From assembly GCA_051530055.1 (NCBI GenBank), contig CM121342.1:12043480-12107479 (forward strand): a DNA stretch of 64,000 bases, written 5' to 3'. The first letter of the stretch is position 1; every line of letters starts with the position of its first letter. Under the pieces are notes generated by a model, which was not told the origin of the DNA, did no database searches, and saw only the letters and a list, made by a program, of their open reading frames with translations. Positions 26,354-39,200 of this stretch are shown in pieces. Made by a program: the position numbers and the translations under genes. The stretch is from Neoechinorhynchus agilis. Its lineage: Eukaryota > Animalia > Acanthocephala.

Positions 26354-26790
26354 CTATTGGGATTGGGATTTCCTTTCCAAGAATACGTTCCTTTGAAGAT
26401 ATCCAATTCGAAAAGGAGCTAGTATTTTTCTGAAATTTACCCACCGATGAGTCTAGATAAGAGCCAACGTAGATGGTTCAAAACTGCAATAAAACGCACC
26501 TGATTAAACAAATTGGTGGCGTCGATTCCTGCAGCTTTCATAAGTTCTTCTTTGCCTCCTGGATGATACTCCAAATACTCACTGATGTTGTAAACCTCAC
26601 CGCACAGACAAGTCCAGGCATTGTCTGATTTATTGTGCTCAGCTAATTCAGAGGTTGTTATTGATCTTTGAATATTGGATTTGATCTGCATCGATGAACA
26701 TAGCCTGACCCAGTCAACGAGCGATCTACCAGGACCAAGTTGCGGTCTATTGAATTTCAACTTCTTTTCCCCCTCGGTTGTTTTATCCAT
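26354..26790 (-). CDS. CYB5R4: Cytochrome b5 heme-binding domain protein of the CYB5R4/Irc21 type; exons 26790-26500, 26452-26354
   Basis: GRSLVDWVRL, VYNISEYLEYHPGG...AAGIDATNLF. A 47-nt GT-AG intron joins to THRWVNFRKILAPFRIGYL. No reductase domain is visible downstream, so the gene symbol is tentative. Confidence 0.75.
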
Positions 26791-26913
26791 CTTTAAACGA
26801 ATAGAAATAATAGTTTATAATGAATTAGAGATTTTTCCACATCCGATTTCAATTTTTAACAGCGCTCAAGTTGTAGGAGCTTGCAGTGCCAAAAATTATT
26901 AAATAAATAAATC

Positions 26914-27186
26914 AACGCTTACAAACTCATAACCTTATGGATCAAGGAATCTGCTCCTTCGAACTCGTTCCCTTAGAAAAACACCTCTCTCTAATCTTTC
27001 ACAAACACTCAAAGCGCCTTCATTCTCTTCCTCTTCTTCAATTTCTACCACAAATTTCTCCTTTTGCTCACACTTACAACACTCGCGTCGCCCCAACATT
27101 TTCCATCCTTCAGTTCCTCACACAAATCTCAACGAGTACGAAGGAGCAGATTCCTTGATCCATAAGGTTATGAGTTTGTAAGCGTT
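26914..27186. mobile_element. 273-bp element with 56-bp terminal inverted repeats around a captured repeat fragment
   Basis: 26914-26969 and 27131-27186 are reverse complements with 1 mismatch. The 161-bp interior matches ~55850-56000 and ~53500-53644. Confidence 0.8.
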
Positions 27187-27501
27187 TTAAGTGATTCAAT
27201 GGCTTCCCAGGCTCATATCGGTGGACTGTGTGTCCAATTAAAATAATCAGACGTGTAGGGAATATTCACTTCAACACTTGGAAAAAATCGAAACGGCTAT
27301 CGAGACAAGATAAAAAATTGATCACTTGTGCTAAGATATAAAACCGGCAGAATCGGTACATTACGTAGTTGTGTGGACGTGGTCTAGGGAACTTTAGCCC
27401 CATTTCCTGTTTCAGTGTCAAAGAGTTCAAAATCCATTATCGCCGATGACTTGTAAGCAAGGAAGACGAAATACTGCTGAAGAAAATTCACTTATATAAA
27501 A

Positions 27502-27630
27502 ATGTCGATATGTGGGGTACTGAGGAATGTGATTGGAATTATTGTTTAGGTCTACACCGGGGAACGACGAGGTTCGAAACGTCTTCAATAAATAATCATT
27601 TACCGAGTGTAGACCTAAGCAATAATTCCA
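27502..27630. mobile_element. Palindromic MITE-like element, copy 3 (internally deleted)
   Basis: atgtcgatatgtggggtac...ggaattattgtttaggtctacacc plus the reverse arm ...gtgtagacctaagcaataattcc. Same family as 14433-14765. Confidence 0.75.
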
Positions 27631-28029
27631 AATTCAGTTGTGAATTCCGCCTCCTTGGGAGTTATCTGAGGATCCGGGGGGGATCTACAAACTTCTAACT
27701 GTGTGGTTCAGGGTTTCAGTGATTTAATCACTTCCCTCACTCAGAGCGGTGGGCTGCGTGCCCAAGGAAAATAATCTTCAATCGTGTAAGAGATAATCAC
27801 TTCAAATACACTTAAAAAGTAAACGGCTTCCCATACCCGATTTCAATTTTTTACATACGAGAACTTACCATATGTTTCAAACTTAAAGTTGGATGAATCT
27901 TTTTATTAAACAAGATCGCTGACTTGAGCATATCTTTAAAGAATCAAAAGAACCTGATAAGCTTCAAATAAACGTGAATATCACTAAAGTTCATTTTTAT
28001 TAAAGAAAAATATTATGCTTCCGCAAGGA

Positions 28030-28557
28030 TTAGGTCGAAGGATTCATCAATGCGCTAATCCAATCTTCATAATGAACGTTTCCGTTCTTGTCCTCGAATC
28101 CGTGAAGGAGTAACTCGCATTCCTCTTCACTGAGTTTATCTCCGATGGTGGTCAAAAGGTGTCGTAGTTCAGCAGCTGAAATAAGGCCATTCATCTCTCG
28201 ATCGAAAACTCTACGTCCGAAATCTCTTTGTCTTTATAAAAGAGCTTATTTAACTAAGAGACTCGATCTAAGGCCGTCTATAAACTCATCTTTGCTGGGA
28301 AATTCAGCTTGAGCATGCTTTGACAGATTCTCGTAAATTGGAAGGAATTGTTCAAGAGTGATTCGAACTGGTCCCTGTTGACCATCTTTTTGAAAGTCTT
28401 TACTTACGTGAGCAATCTTAGCGTTTGACGGATTTAATCCAAGAGCGCGCACTACATCTCCCAAGTACGTTACACTAATACGGTTGTCTCCTTTATCGTC
28501 GAAGGTCGCGAATACTTCACTGATCGTATCAAGTTGTTCAGGGCTTAAAGATGACAT
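28030..28557 (-). CDS. Myosin essential (alkali) light chain, MYL6/Mlc-c-like; two exons, atypical intron ~28267-28211
   Basis: [14 protein letters not shown]...[13 protein letters not shown]...[10 protein letters not shown]...EFIDGLR | [30 protein letters not shown]...GNVHYEDW. Confidence 0.88.
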
Positions 28558-28843
28558 TTACAGCTACGTAGATCTTGAAGAGCAAAGGGAAAACGAATAG
28601 ACGACGATGGTGAGTCAAAACTTCAGAGTGAATAAGAAAATTTGCAGCGCGTGTCGTTTCCCTTTTAGAAATAATCAAGAATTGTCTTCGAGAATTCAAC
28701 GTAAAACTCTTCTCGATATTCCACGACTATCAAATGAAAGTGAAACATGGCAACTTTCTAATTTTTTAGTCGTACAATGTCTTAGTGATATGCCGGAGCA
28801 AAATTTCAACGTTTGCGGCTCACTCTTCAGTAAAAAGGTAGCG

Positions 28844-29905
28844 TCAATTACAACATACAAACGGAAGGAGAGTGGCTAAAATCTTAGTCACACTCATCAT
28901 TCTCAATTGACAGCTTCTGGACAACTAAACATGAAGACAAAAATAATGGATAATCGAAGAAAAAAACTTTACCGTAACATAATAGTTGCACCTGTCGCCT
29001 AGACAGCAGTCTATACAAGCCCAGTCACGTTGGCCGTCACGGCCGTTACAAACATTAGAGAAGGCCAAAAGATCTAAATTGGGGATATTATTCGTGGGAT
29101 GACTTACGCGAGTCTTTCAAGAAAAGACCTTTGCTTCATAGATATTATAATAAACAAGCAACAATTTTTCAAACAAATGTACTCTGTCCGTTTGAAATAA
29201 CTACAAATATCGATGCACTTTTTGATTGGGTGCGGAGATGCCCGCCTTCAGTAAATACGAGAGAGCTCAATTTTCGAACTGGCAAAACTTGCGAAATTCG
29301 AGTACCAAACGTTTATCGTCACTTCGAAATTCGCGCCTCTGAATTCCTTTAATGATTTTAACTTTATAAAATACAATTTTAGCTTACACACTCACATAGA
29401 GCGATCGAGTTTTATAAAGCATGAAAACTTTAAATTCGCATTTTAAGAATACATTTTTTCGCAACGTAATGAAATCAATTGGTTAAAGAAAAACGATACA
29501 CCGGGACCTAAAAACGATCCTATTCGAAAATATCTCGCAACTGCTAAAAAATGATTACTTGCATTTTTGGCATTCGAGCTCTGTAGAACAGTATTTGTTC
29601 ACATAATGTCGTCTTTGCATTCCTTCAGTCCATTCAAGATTGACTATTATAAAGTCGTAGATAAAGTAGAAAACGAATACGATGAACCTGTGTGATGTAC
29701 TAGAGTCATACAAGTTGTTTGATTTGGTGTGCATTGTCTTATAGTCTTCGCACATTTTCCATAAGCTTCCTCTTGATTTCGGCACACATAACATTCAAGA
29801 AGAACTGCCGTTCGTACTAAAACAAACATATTTTAAACACACTTTCAAAAACATTAATTTACAGAATACGACTATTAAAAGTATGGGCGCCTGTAGACAT
29901 CGCAT
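28844..29905 (-). CDS. cold: Ly6/uPAR three-finger GPI-type protein resembling Drosophila coiled (cold); exons 29905-29863, 29816-29688, 29643-29563, 29073-28973, 28924-28844
   Basis: Splices to signal peptide MRCLQAPILLIVVFLRTAVL + LECYVCRNQE...KCAKTIRQC...YVNKYCSTELEC...DWACIDCCLGDRCNYYV + hydrophobic tail. All exon phases fit if intron 3 is GC-AG. Orthology is from recalled similarity. Confidence 0.82.
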
Positions 29906-29973
29906 ATCAGAATTGCATCGAGATCTAGAATAAATAAAAGAAAAACATAAGTAACATAAAAAACAATCTATTC

Positions 29974-30273
29974 TCAATCATTATCGCCGATGCCAAACCG
30001 TTCAGACACCTGCTTAATCGAACATTGATCAATTGATGCGATTTGACCTAACAGGATTTGAGCCACGTCTTTAATATCGTTGTATTCATGAAGAAGATCG
30101 CGATAACGACGACTTTCATCGCATTCGACATCATTTGCACTCCCGAGTTCAAGTAACTCCTTCTCCAAGTCTTCAATTTCTTTTCGCAAATCAGAAGTTA
30201 AACATTTGTCATCAACTCTCCTCAGAGGAGATTTAAATGCACCCACAGGCGCAGCATTTGCTTGCTTTTTCAT
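29974..30273 (-). CDS. SWI5: DNA repair protein SWI5 homolog
   Basis: LLHEYNDIKDVAQILLGQIA...VSERFGI is the Swi5 domain signature, preceded by a coiled coil. Confidence 0.88.
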   Translation of the reverse strand: MKKQANAAPVGAFKSPLRRVDDKCLTSDLRKEIEDLEKELLELGSANDVECDESRRYRDLLHEYNDIKDVAQILLGQIASIDQCSIKQVSERFGIGDND

Positions 30274-33200
30274 CCGCAAGTGAAAAAGTATCGACAAGAA
30301 AAAGAATTAAAATACTATGGGGAAAACGACAACATCGTAATACATTTAAAAAAATTACTGTAAAAAAACTCATCACCACAAAGTAGATAAAAACAATGGA
30401 AAACAATTTAACGGTAAGGGAAACCTTCAAAAATTAAGATGGTGAATTTCATAGTAACACCGGAAGAACGATTCGCTCCATGAGATCTTTGAATTTGCCA
30501 TGAAATGCGATAATGTTCGCAATTATTGACGAACGATTTTTTGTGAGCATTCTTTAGAATTCTTAGAGGTGAGATGATGAATATCTCAAAAATCTTACTT
30601 TCGCTCCAGTGAACGAATGATGATGTCGAGATTTCTTATCTTATTTTGTAATTGAATTATTGGCGACTGAAATCTCGGACGAATTCTCCCTTTTGTGATA
30701 TTTTATCTTTAATTTTATATGATGAAATGCGATCTTCGCGATGGTCTTCGGATTAATTGACGAACAATTTTCTTGTGAGCATTCTATAGAATTCTTTACA
30801 TGAGATGATGAATATCTCAAAAATCTTACTTTCGCTCCAGTGAACGAATGATGATGTCGAGATTTCTTATCTTATTTTGTAATTGAATTATTGGCGACTG
30901 AAATCTCGGACGAATTCTCCCTTTTGTGATATTTTATCTTTAATTTTATATGATGAAATGCGATCTTCGCGATGGTCTTCGGATTAATTGACGAACAATT
31001 TTCTTGTGAGCATTCTATAGAATTCTTTACATGAGATGATGAATTTCTCAAAAATCTGACTTTCGTTCTACTGAACGAATGATGATATCGAGTTTTCTGA
31101 TCTTAATTTTTAATTGAATTGTTAGCGATTCAAATTTCGGGCGAATTCTCCCTTTTGTGCAATTTTATCCTTTAATTTGCAATGATGAGTTGCGATCTTC
31201 GCGATGGTCTTCGGATTTATTGACGAAAGTTTTGCTTCTGAGCATTCTTTAGAATTCTTTAGATGAGATGATGAATTTCTCAAAAATCTTACTTTCGTTC
31301 TACTGAACGAATGATGATATCGAGATTTCTGATCTTAATTTGTACTTGAATTCTTAGCGATTGAAATCTCGGCGAATTCTCCCTTTTGTGATATTTTATC
31401 CTTTAATTTGCAATGATGAAATGCGATCTTCGCGATGGTATTCGGATTTATTGACGAAAGTTTTGCTTCTGAGCATTCTTTAGAATTCTTTGAGATGAGA
31501 TGATGAATTTCTCAAAAATCTAACTTTCGTTCTACTGAACGAATGATGATATCGAGATTTCTGATCTTCATTTGTACTTGAATTCTTAGCGATTAAAATC
31601 TCGGCGAATTCTCCCTTTTGTGATATTTTATCCTTTAATTTGCAGTGATGAAATGCGATCTTCGCGATGGTCTTCGGATTTATTGACGAAAGTTTTACTT
31701 CTGAGCATTCTTTAGAATTCTTTACATGAGATTATGAATTTCTAAAAATCTAACTTTCATTCTACTGAACGAACGAAGATATCGAGATTTCTGATCTTAA
31801 TTTTTAATAGAATCGTTAGCGATCGAAATTTCGGCGAATTCTCCCTTTTGTGATATTTTATCCTTTAATTTTCTATGATGAAATGCGATCTTCGCGATGG
31901 TCTTCAAATTAATTGACGAACAATTTTCTTGTGAGCATTCTTTAGAATTCTTTGAGATGAGATGATGAATTTCTCAAAAATCTAACTTTCGTTCTACTGA
32001 ACGAATGATGATATGGAGTTTTCTGATCTTAAATTGTACTTGAATTCATAGCGATTGAAATCTCGGGCGAATTCTCTTTTTTTTCTATTTTATCTTTTAA
32101 TTTGCAATGATGAAATGCCATCTTCGCGATGGTCTTCGGATTTATTGACGAAAGTTTTTCTTCTGAGCATTCTTTAGAATTCTTTGAGATGAGATCATGA
32201 ATTTCTCAAAAATCTTACTTTCGTTCTACTGAGCGAATGATGATATCGAGATTTCTGATCTTCATTTGTACTTGAATTCTTGGCGATTGAAATGTCGGGC
32301 GAATTCTCCTTTTTGTGCTTTTTTATCCTTTAATTTCCTATGATGAAAAACGATCTTCGCGATTGTTTTCGGATTTATTGACGAAAGTTTTGCTTCTGAA
32401 CATTCTTTAGAATTCTTGGAGATGAGATGATGAGTTTCTCAAAAATCTAACTTTCGTTCTTGTGAACGAATGATGATATCTAGATTCATGATCTTAATTT
32501 GTTCTTGAATTTTTAACGATTGAAATCTCGGGCGAATTCTCCGTTTTGTGATATTTTATCCTTTAATTTGCAATGATGAAATGCGATCTTCGCGATGGTC
32601 TTCGGATTTATTGACGAAAGTTTTGCTTCTGAGCATTCTTTAGAATTCTTTGAGATGAGATGATGATTTTCTCCAAAATCTAACTTTCGTTCTAGTGAAC
32701 GAATGATGATATCGAGATTTCTTATCTTAAATTGTACTTGAATTCATAGCGATTGAAATGTTGGGCGAATTCTCCTTTTTGTGCTTTTTTATCCTTTAAT
32801 TTGCTATGATGAAATGCCATCTTCGTGAAGGCCTTCGGATTTATTGACGAAAGTTTTTCTTCTGAGCATTCTTTAGAATTCTTTGAGATGAGATCTTGAA
32901 TTTCTCAAAAATCTTACTTTCGTTCTACTGAGCGAATGATGATATCGTGATTTCTGATCTTCATTTGTACTTGAATTTTTAGCGATTGAAATCTCGGGCG
33001 AATTCTCCCTTTTGTGATATTTTATCCTTTAATTTGCTATGATTAAATGCGATCTTCGCGATGGTCTTTTGATTTATTGACCAAAGTTTTGCTTCTGAGC
33101 ATTCTTCGGAGTTCTTTGAAGTGCGATGATGGATTTCTCAAAAATCTAACTTTCGTTCAAGTGAACGAATGATGATATCGAGATTTCTGGGCCTTGTTAT

Positions 33201-36200
33201 AAATTGAATTGTTAACGATTGAAATTTCGGGTGAATTCTCCTTTTTGTGTTATTTTATCCTTTAATTTGCAATGATGGTATTCGATCTTCGCGATGGTCT
33301 TCGGATTTAAGGACGAAAGCTTGCTTCTGAGCATTCTATAGAATTCTTTGAGATGAGCTGTTTAATTTCTAAAAAATCTAACTTCCGTTCTACTGAACGA
33401 ATGATGATATCGAGATTTCTGATTTAAATTTGTACTGGAATTCTTAGCGATTGAAATCTCTGGCGAATTCTTTTTTTGCTATATTATACTTTAATTTGCA
33501 ACGATTAAGTGCGATCTTCGCGATGGTCTTCTGATTTATTGACGAAAGTTTTTCTTCTGAGCATTCTTTAGAGTTGCTTGAGATGAAATGTTGAATTTCT
33601 CAAAAATCTAACTTCCGTTCTACTGATCGAATGATGATATCGAGATTTCTGATCTTAATTTGTACTTGAATTCTTGGCGATTGAAATGTCGGGCGAATTC
33701 TCCTTTTTGTGTTTTTTATCCTTTAATTTGCTATGATGAAATGCGATCTTCGCGATGGTCTTCGGATTTATTGAGGAAAGTTTTCTTCTGAGCATTCTTT
33801 AGAATTCTTTGAGATGAGATGATGAATTTCTCAAAAATCTTACTTTCGTTCTACTGAACGAATGATGATATCGAGATTTCTGATCTTAATTTGTACTTGA
33901 ATTCTTGGCGATTGAAATGTCTTGCAAATTCTCCTTTTTGTGCTTTTTTATCCTTTAATTTGCTATGATGAAATGCGATCTTCGCGATGGTCTTCGGATT
34001 TATTGACGAAAGTTTTTCTTGTGAGCATTCTTTAGAATTCTTTGTGATGATGAATTTCTCAAAAATCGCACTTTCGTTCTACTGAACGAATGATGATATC
34101 TAGATTTCTGATCTTCATTTGTACTTGAATGCTTAGCGATTGAAATCTCGGGCAAATTCTCCATTTTGTGATATTTTATCCTTTAATTTGCTATGATTAA
34201 ACTCGATCTTCGCGATGGTCTTCGGATTTATTGACCAAAATTTTGCTTCTGAGCATTCTTTGGAATTTTTTACATGAGATGATGAATTTCTCAAAAATCT
34301 AAATTCCGTTCTACTGAACGAATGATGATGTCGAGATTTCTTATCTTAATTTGTACTGGAATTCTAAGCGGTTGAAATCTCTGGCGAATTCTCTTTTTTT
34401 GCTATTTTATTCTTTAATTTGCTATGATGAAATGCGATCTTCGCGATGGTCTTCGGATTTATTGACGAAAGTTTTTCTTGAGAGCATTCTTTTGAATTCT
34501 TTGAGATGAGATGATAAATTTCTCAAAAAACTTACTTTCGTTCTACTGAACGAATGATGATATCGAGATTTATGATGGTAATTTGTACTGGAATTCTTAG
34601 CGATTGAAATCTCTAGCGAATTCTCTTTTTTTGCTATTTTATCCTTTAATTTGCTATGATGAAATGCGATCTTCGCGATGGTCTTCGGATTTATTGACGA
34701 AAATTTTGCTTCTGAGCATTTTTTGTAATTCTTTACATGAGATGATGAATTTCTCAAAAATCTTACTTCCGTTCTACTGAACGAATGATGATGTCGAGAT
34801 TTCTTATCTTAATTTGTACTGGAATTCTTAGCGATTGAAATCTCTAGCGAATTCTCTTTTTTTTGCTATTTTATCCTTTAATTTGCTATGATGAAATGCG
34901 ATCTTTGCGATGGTCTTCGGATTTACTGACGAAAGTCTTGCTTCTGAGCATTCTTTAGAATTCTTTAGATGAGATGATGAATTTCTCAAAAATCTAACTT
35001 TCGTTCTACTGAACGGATGATGATATTGAGATTTCTGATCTTAATTTGTACTTGAATTCTTGGCGATTGAAATGTCGTGCGAATTCTTCTTTTTGTGCTT
35101 TTTTATCCTTTTATTTGCTATGATGAAATGCTATCTTCGCGATGGTCTTCGGATTTATTGACGAAAGTTTTTCTTCTCAGCATTCTTTAGAATTCTTTGA
35201 GATGAGATGATGAATTTCTCAAAAATCTAACTTTCGTTCTACTGAACGAACGATGATGTCGAGATTTCTTATCTTAATTTGTTCTGGAATTCTTAGCGAT
35301 TGAAATCTCTTGCGAATTCTCTTTTTTTTCTATTTTATCATTTAATTTGCTATGATGAAATGCGATCTTCGCGATGGTCATCGGATTTATTGACGAAAGT
35401 TTTGCTTCTGAGCATTCCTTAGAATTCTTTAGATGAGATGATGAATTTGTGAAAAATCTAGGTTTCGTTCTACTGAACGAATGATGATATCGAGATTTCT
35501 GATCTTAATTTTTTATAGAGTTGTTAGCGATTGAAATTTCGGGCGACTTCTCCCTTTTTTGCTATTTTATCCTTTAATCTGGTATGATTAAATGCGATCT
35601 TCGCGATGGTCTTCGTATTTCTTGACGAACGATTTTCTTGTGAGCATTCTTTAGAATTCTTTGAGGTGCGATGATGAATTTCTCAAAAATCTAATTTTCG
35701 TTCTAATGAACGAATGATGATATCGAGATTTCTGATGTTCATTTGAACTTGAATTCTTAGCGATTAAAATCTCGGGCGAATTCTCCCTTTTGTGATATTT
35801 TATCCTTTAATTTGCAGTGATGAAATGCGATCTTCGCGATGGTCTTCGGATTTATTGACGAAAGTTTTGCTTCTGAGCATTCTTTAGAATTCTTGGAGAT
35901 GAGATGATGAATTTCTCAAAAATCTAACTTTCGTTCTAGTGAACGAATGATGATATCGAGATTTATGATCTTAATTTGTTCTTGAATTTTTAGCGATTGA
36001 AATCTCGGGCGAATTCTCCGTTTTGTGATATTTTATCCTTTAATTTGCAATGATGAAATGCGATCTTCGCGATGGTCTTCGGATTAATTGACGAACGATT
36101 TTCTTGTGAGAATTCTTTAGATGAGATGATGAATTTCTCAAAAATCAAACTTTCATTCTACAGAACGAATGAAGATATCGAGATTTCTGATCTTAATTTT

Positions 36201-39200
36201 TAATAGAGTTGTTAGCGATTAAAATCTCGGGTTAATTCTCCCTTTTGTGATATTTTATCCTTTAATTTGCAGTGATGAAATGCGATCTTCGCGATGGTCT
36301 TCGGATTTATTTACCAAAGTTTTGCTTCTGAGCATTCTTTGGAATTCTTTACATGACATGATGAATTTCTCAAAAATCTAACTTCCGTTCTACTGAACGA
36401 ATGATGATACCGAGATTTCTCATCTTAATTTGTACTTGAATTCTTGGCGATTGAAATGTCGGGCGAATTCTCTTTTTTGTTCTTTTTTATCCTTTAATTT
36501 CCTAGGATGAAATGCCATCTTCACGATGGTCTTCGGATTTTTGACGAAAGTTTTTCTTATGAGCATTCTTTAGAATTCTTTGAGATGAGATGATGAATTT
36601 CTCAAAAATCTAACTTTCGTTCTACTGAACGAATGATGATATCGAGATTTCTGATCTTAATTTTTACTAGAATTCTTAGCGATTGAAATCTCTAGCGAAT
36701 TCTCTTTTTTTGCTATTTTATCCTTTAATTTGCTATGATGAAATGCGATCTTCGCGATGGTCTTCGGATTTACTGACGAAAGTTTTGCTTCTGAGCATTC
36801 TTTAGAATTCTTTAGATGAGATGATGAATTTCTCAAAAATCTAACTTTCGTTCTACTGAACGAATGATGATATCGAGATTTCTGATCTTAATTTGTACTT
36901 GAATTCTTGGCGATTGAAATGTCGTGCGAATTCTTCTTTTTGTGCTTTTTTATCCTTTAATTTGCTATGATGAAATGCTATCTTCGCGATGGTCTTCGGA
37001 TTTATTGACGAAAGTTTTTCTTCTCAGCATTCTTTAGAATTCTTTGAGATGAGATGATGAATTTCTCAAAAATCTAACTTTCGTTCTACTGAACGAATGA
37101 TGATATCGAGATTTCTTATCTTAATTTGTACTGGAATTCTTAGCGATTGAAATCTCTTGCGAATTCTCTTTTTTTTCTATTTTATCCTTTAATTTGCTAT
37201 GATGAAATGCGATCTTCGCGATGGTCTTCGGATTTATTGACGAAAGTTTTTCTTCTGAGCATTCTTTAGAATTCTTTAGATGAGATGATGAATTTGTGAA
37301 AAATCTAGGTTTCGTTCTACTGAACGAATGATGATATCGAGATTTCTGATCTTAATTTTTTATAGAGTTGTTAGCGATTGAAATTTCGGGCGACTTCTCC
37401 CTTTTTTGCTATTTTATCCTTTAATCTGGTATGATTAAATGCGATCTTCGCGATGGTCTTCGTATTTCTTGACGAACGATTTTCTTGTGAGCATTCTTTA
37501 GAATTCTTTGAGGTGCGATGATGAATTTCTCAAAAATCTAATTTTCGTTCTAATGAACGAATGATGATATCGAGATTTCTGATGTTCATTTGAACTTGAA
37601 TTCTTAGCGATTAGAATCTCGGGCGAATTCTCCCGTTTGTGATATTTTATCCTTTAATTTGCAGTGATGAAATGCGATCTTCGCGATGGTCTTCGGATTT
37701 ATTGACGAAAGTTTTGCTTCTGAGCATTCTTTAGAATTCTTAGGAGATGATGAATTTCACAAAATCTAACTTTCGTTCTAGTGAACGAATGATGATATCG
37801 AGATTTATGATCTTAATTTGTTCTTGAATTTTAACGATTGAAATCTCGGGCGAATTCTCCGTTTTGTGATATTTTATCCTTTAATTTGCAATGATGAAAT
37901 GCGATCTTCGCGATGGTCTTCGGATTAATTGACGAACGATTTTCTTGTGAGAATTCTTTAGATGAGATGATGAATTTCTCAAAAATCAAACTTTCATTCT
38001 ACAGAACGAATGAAGATATCGAGATTTCTGATCTTAATTTTTAATAGAGTTGTTAGCGATTAAAATCTCGGGTTAATTCTCCCTTTTGTGATATTTTATC
38101 CTCTAATTTGCAGTGATGATATGCGATCTTCGCGATGGTCTTCGGATTTATTTACCAAAGTTTTGCTTCTGAGCATTCTTTGGAATTCTTTACATGACAT
38201 GATGAATTTCTCAAAAATCTAACTTCCGTTCTACTGAACGAATGATGATACCGAGATTTCTCATCTTAATTTGTACTTGAATTCTTGGCGATTGAAATGT
38301 CGGGCGAATTCTCTTTTTTGTTCTTTTTTATCCTTTAATTTCCTAGGATGAAATGCCATCTTCACGATGGTCTTCGGATTTTTGACGAAAGTTTTTCTTA
38401 TGAGCATTCTTTAGAATTCTTTAAGATGAGATGATGAATTTCTCAAAAATCTAACTTTCGTTCTACTGAACGAATGATGATATCGAGATTTCTGATCTTA
38501 ATTTTTAATAGAGTTGTTAGCGATTGAAATTTCGGCGACTTCACCTTTTTGTGTTTTTTTAATTTGCTATGATGAAATGCGATCTTCGCGATGGTCTTCG
38601 GATTTATTGACCAAAGTTTTGCTTCTGAGCATTCTTTGGAATTCTTTACATGAGATGATGAATTTCTCAAAAATCTAACTTCCGTTCTACTGAGCGAATG
38701 ATGATATCGAGATTTCTCATCTTAATTTGTACTTGAATTCTTGGCGATTGAAATGTCGGGCGAATTCTCTTTTTTGTTCTTTTTTATCCTTTTATTTCCT
38801 AGGATCAAATGCCACCTTCACGATGGTCTTCGGATTTTTGACGAAAGTTTTCCTTATTAGCATTCTTTAGAATTCTTTGAGATGAGATGATGAATTTCTC
38901 AAAAATCTAACTTTCGTTCTACTGAACGAATGATGATGTCGAAATTTCTTATCTTAATTTCTACTGGAATTCTTAGCGATTTAAATCTCTGGCGAATTCT
39001 CTTTTTTTGCTATTTTATCCTTTAATTTGCTATGATGAAATGCGATCTTCGCGATGGTCTTCGGATTTATTGACGAAGGTTTTGCTTCTGAGCATTCTTT
39101 AGAATTCTTTAGATGAGATGATGAATTTCTCAAAAATCTAACTTTCGTTCTACTGAACGAATGATGATATCGAGATTTCTGATCTTAATTTTTAATAGAG

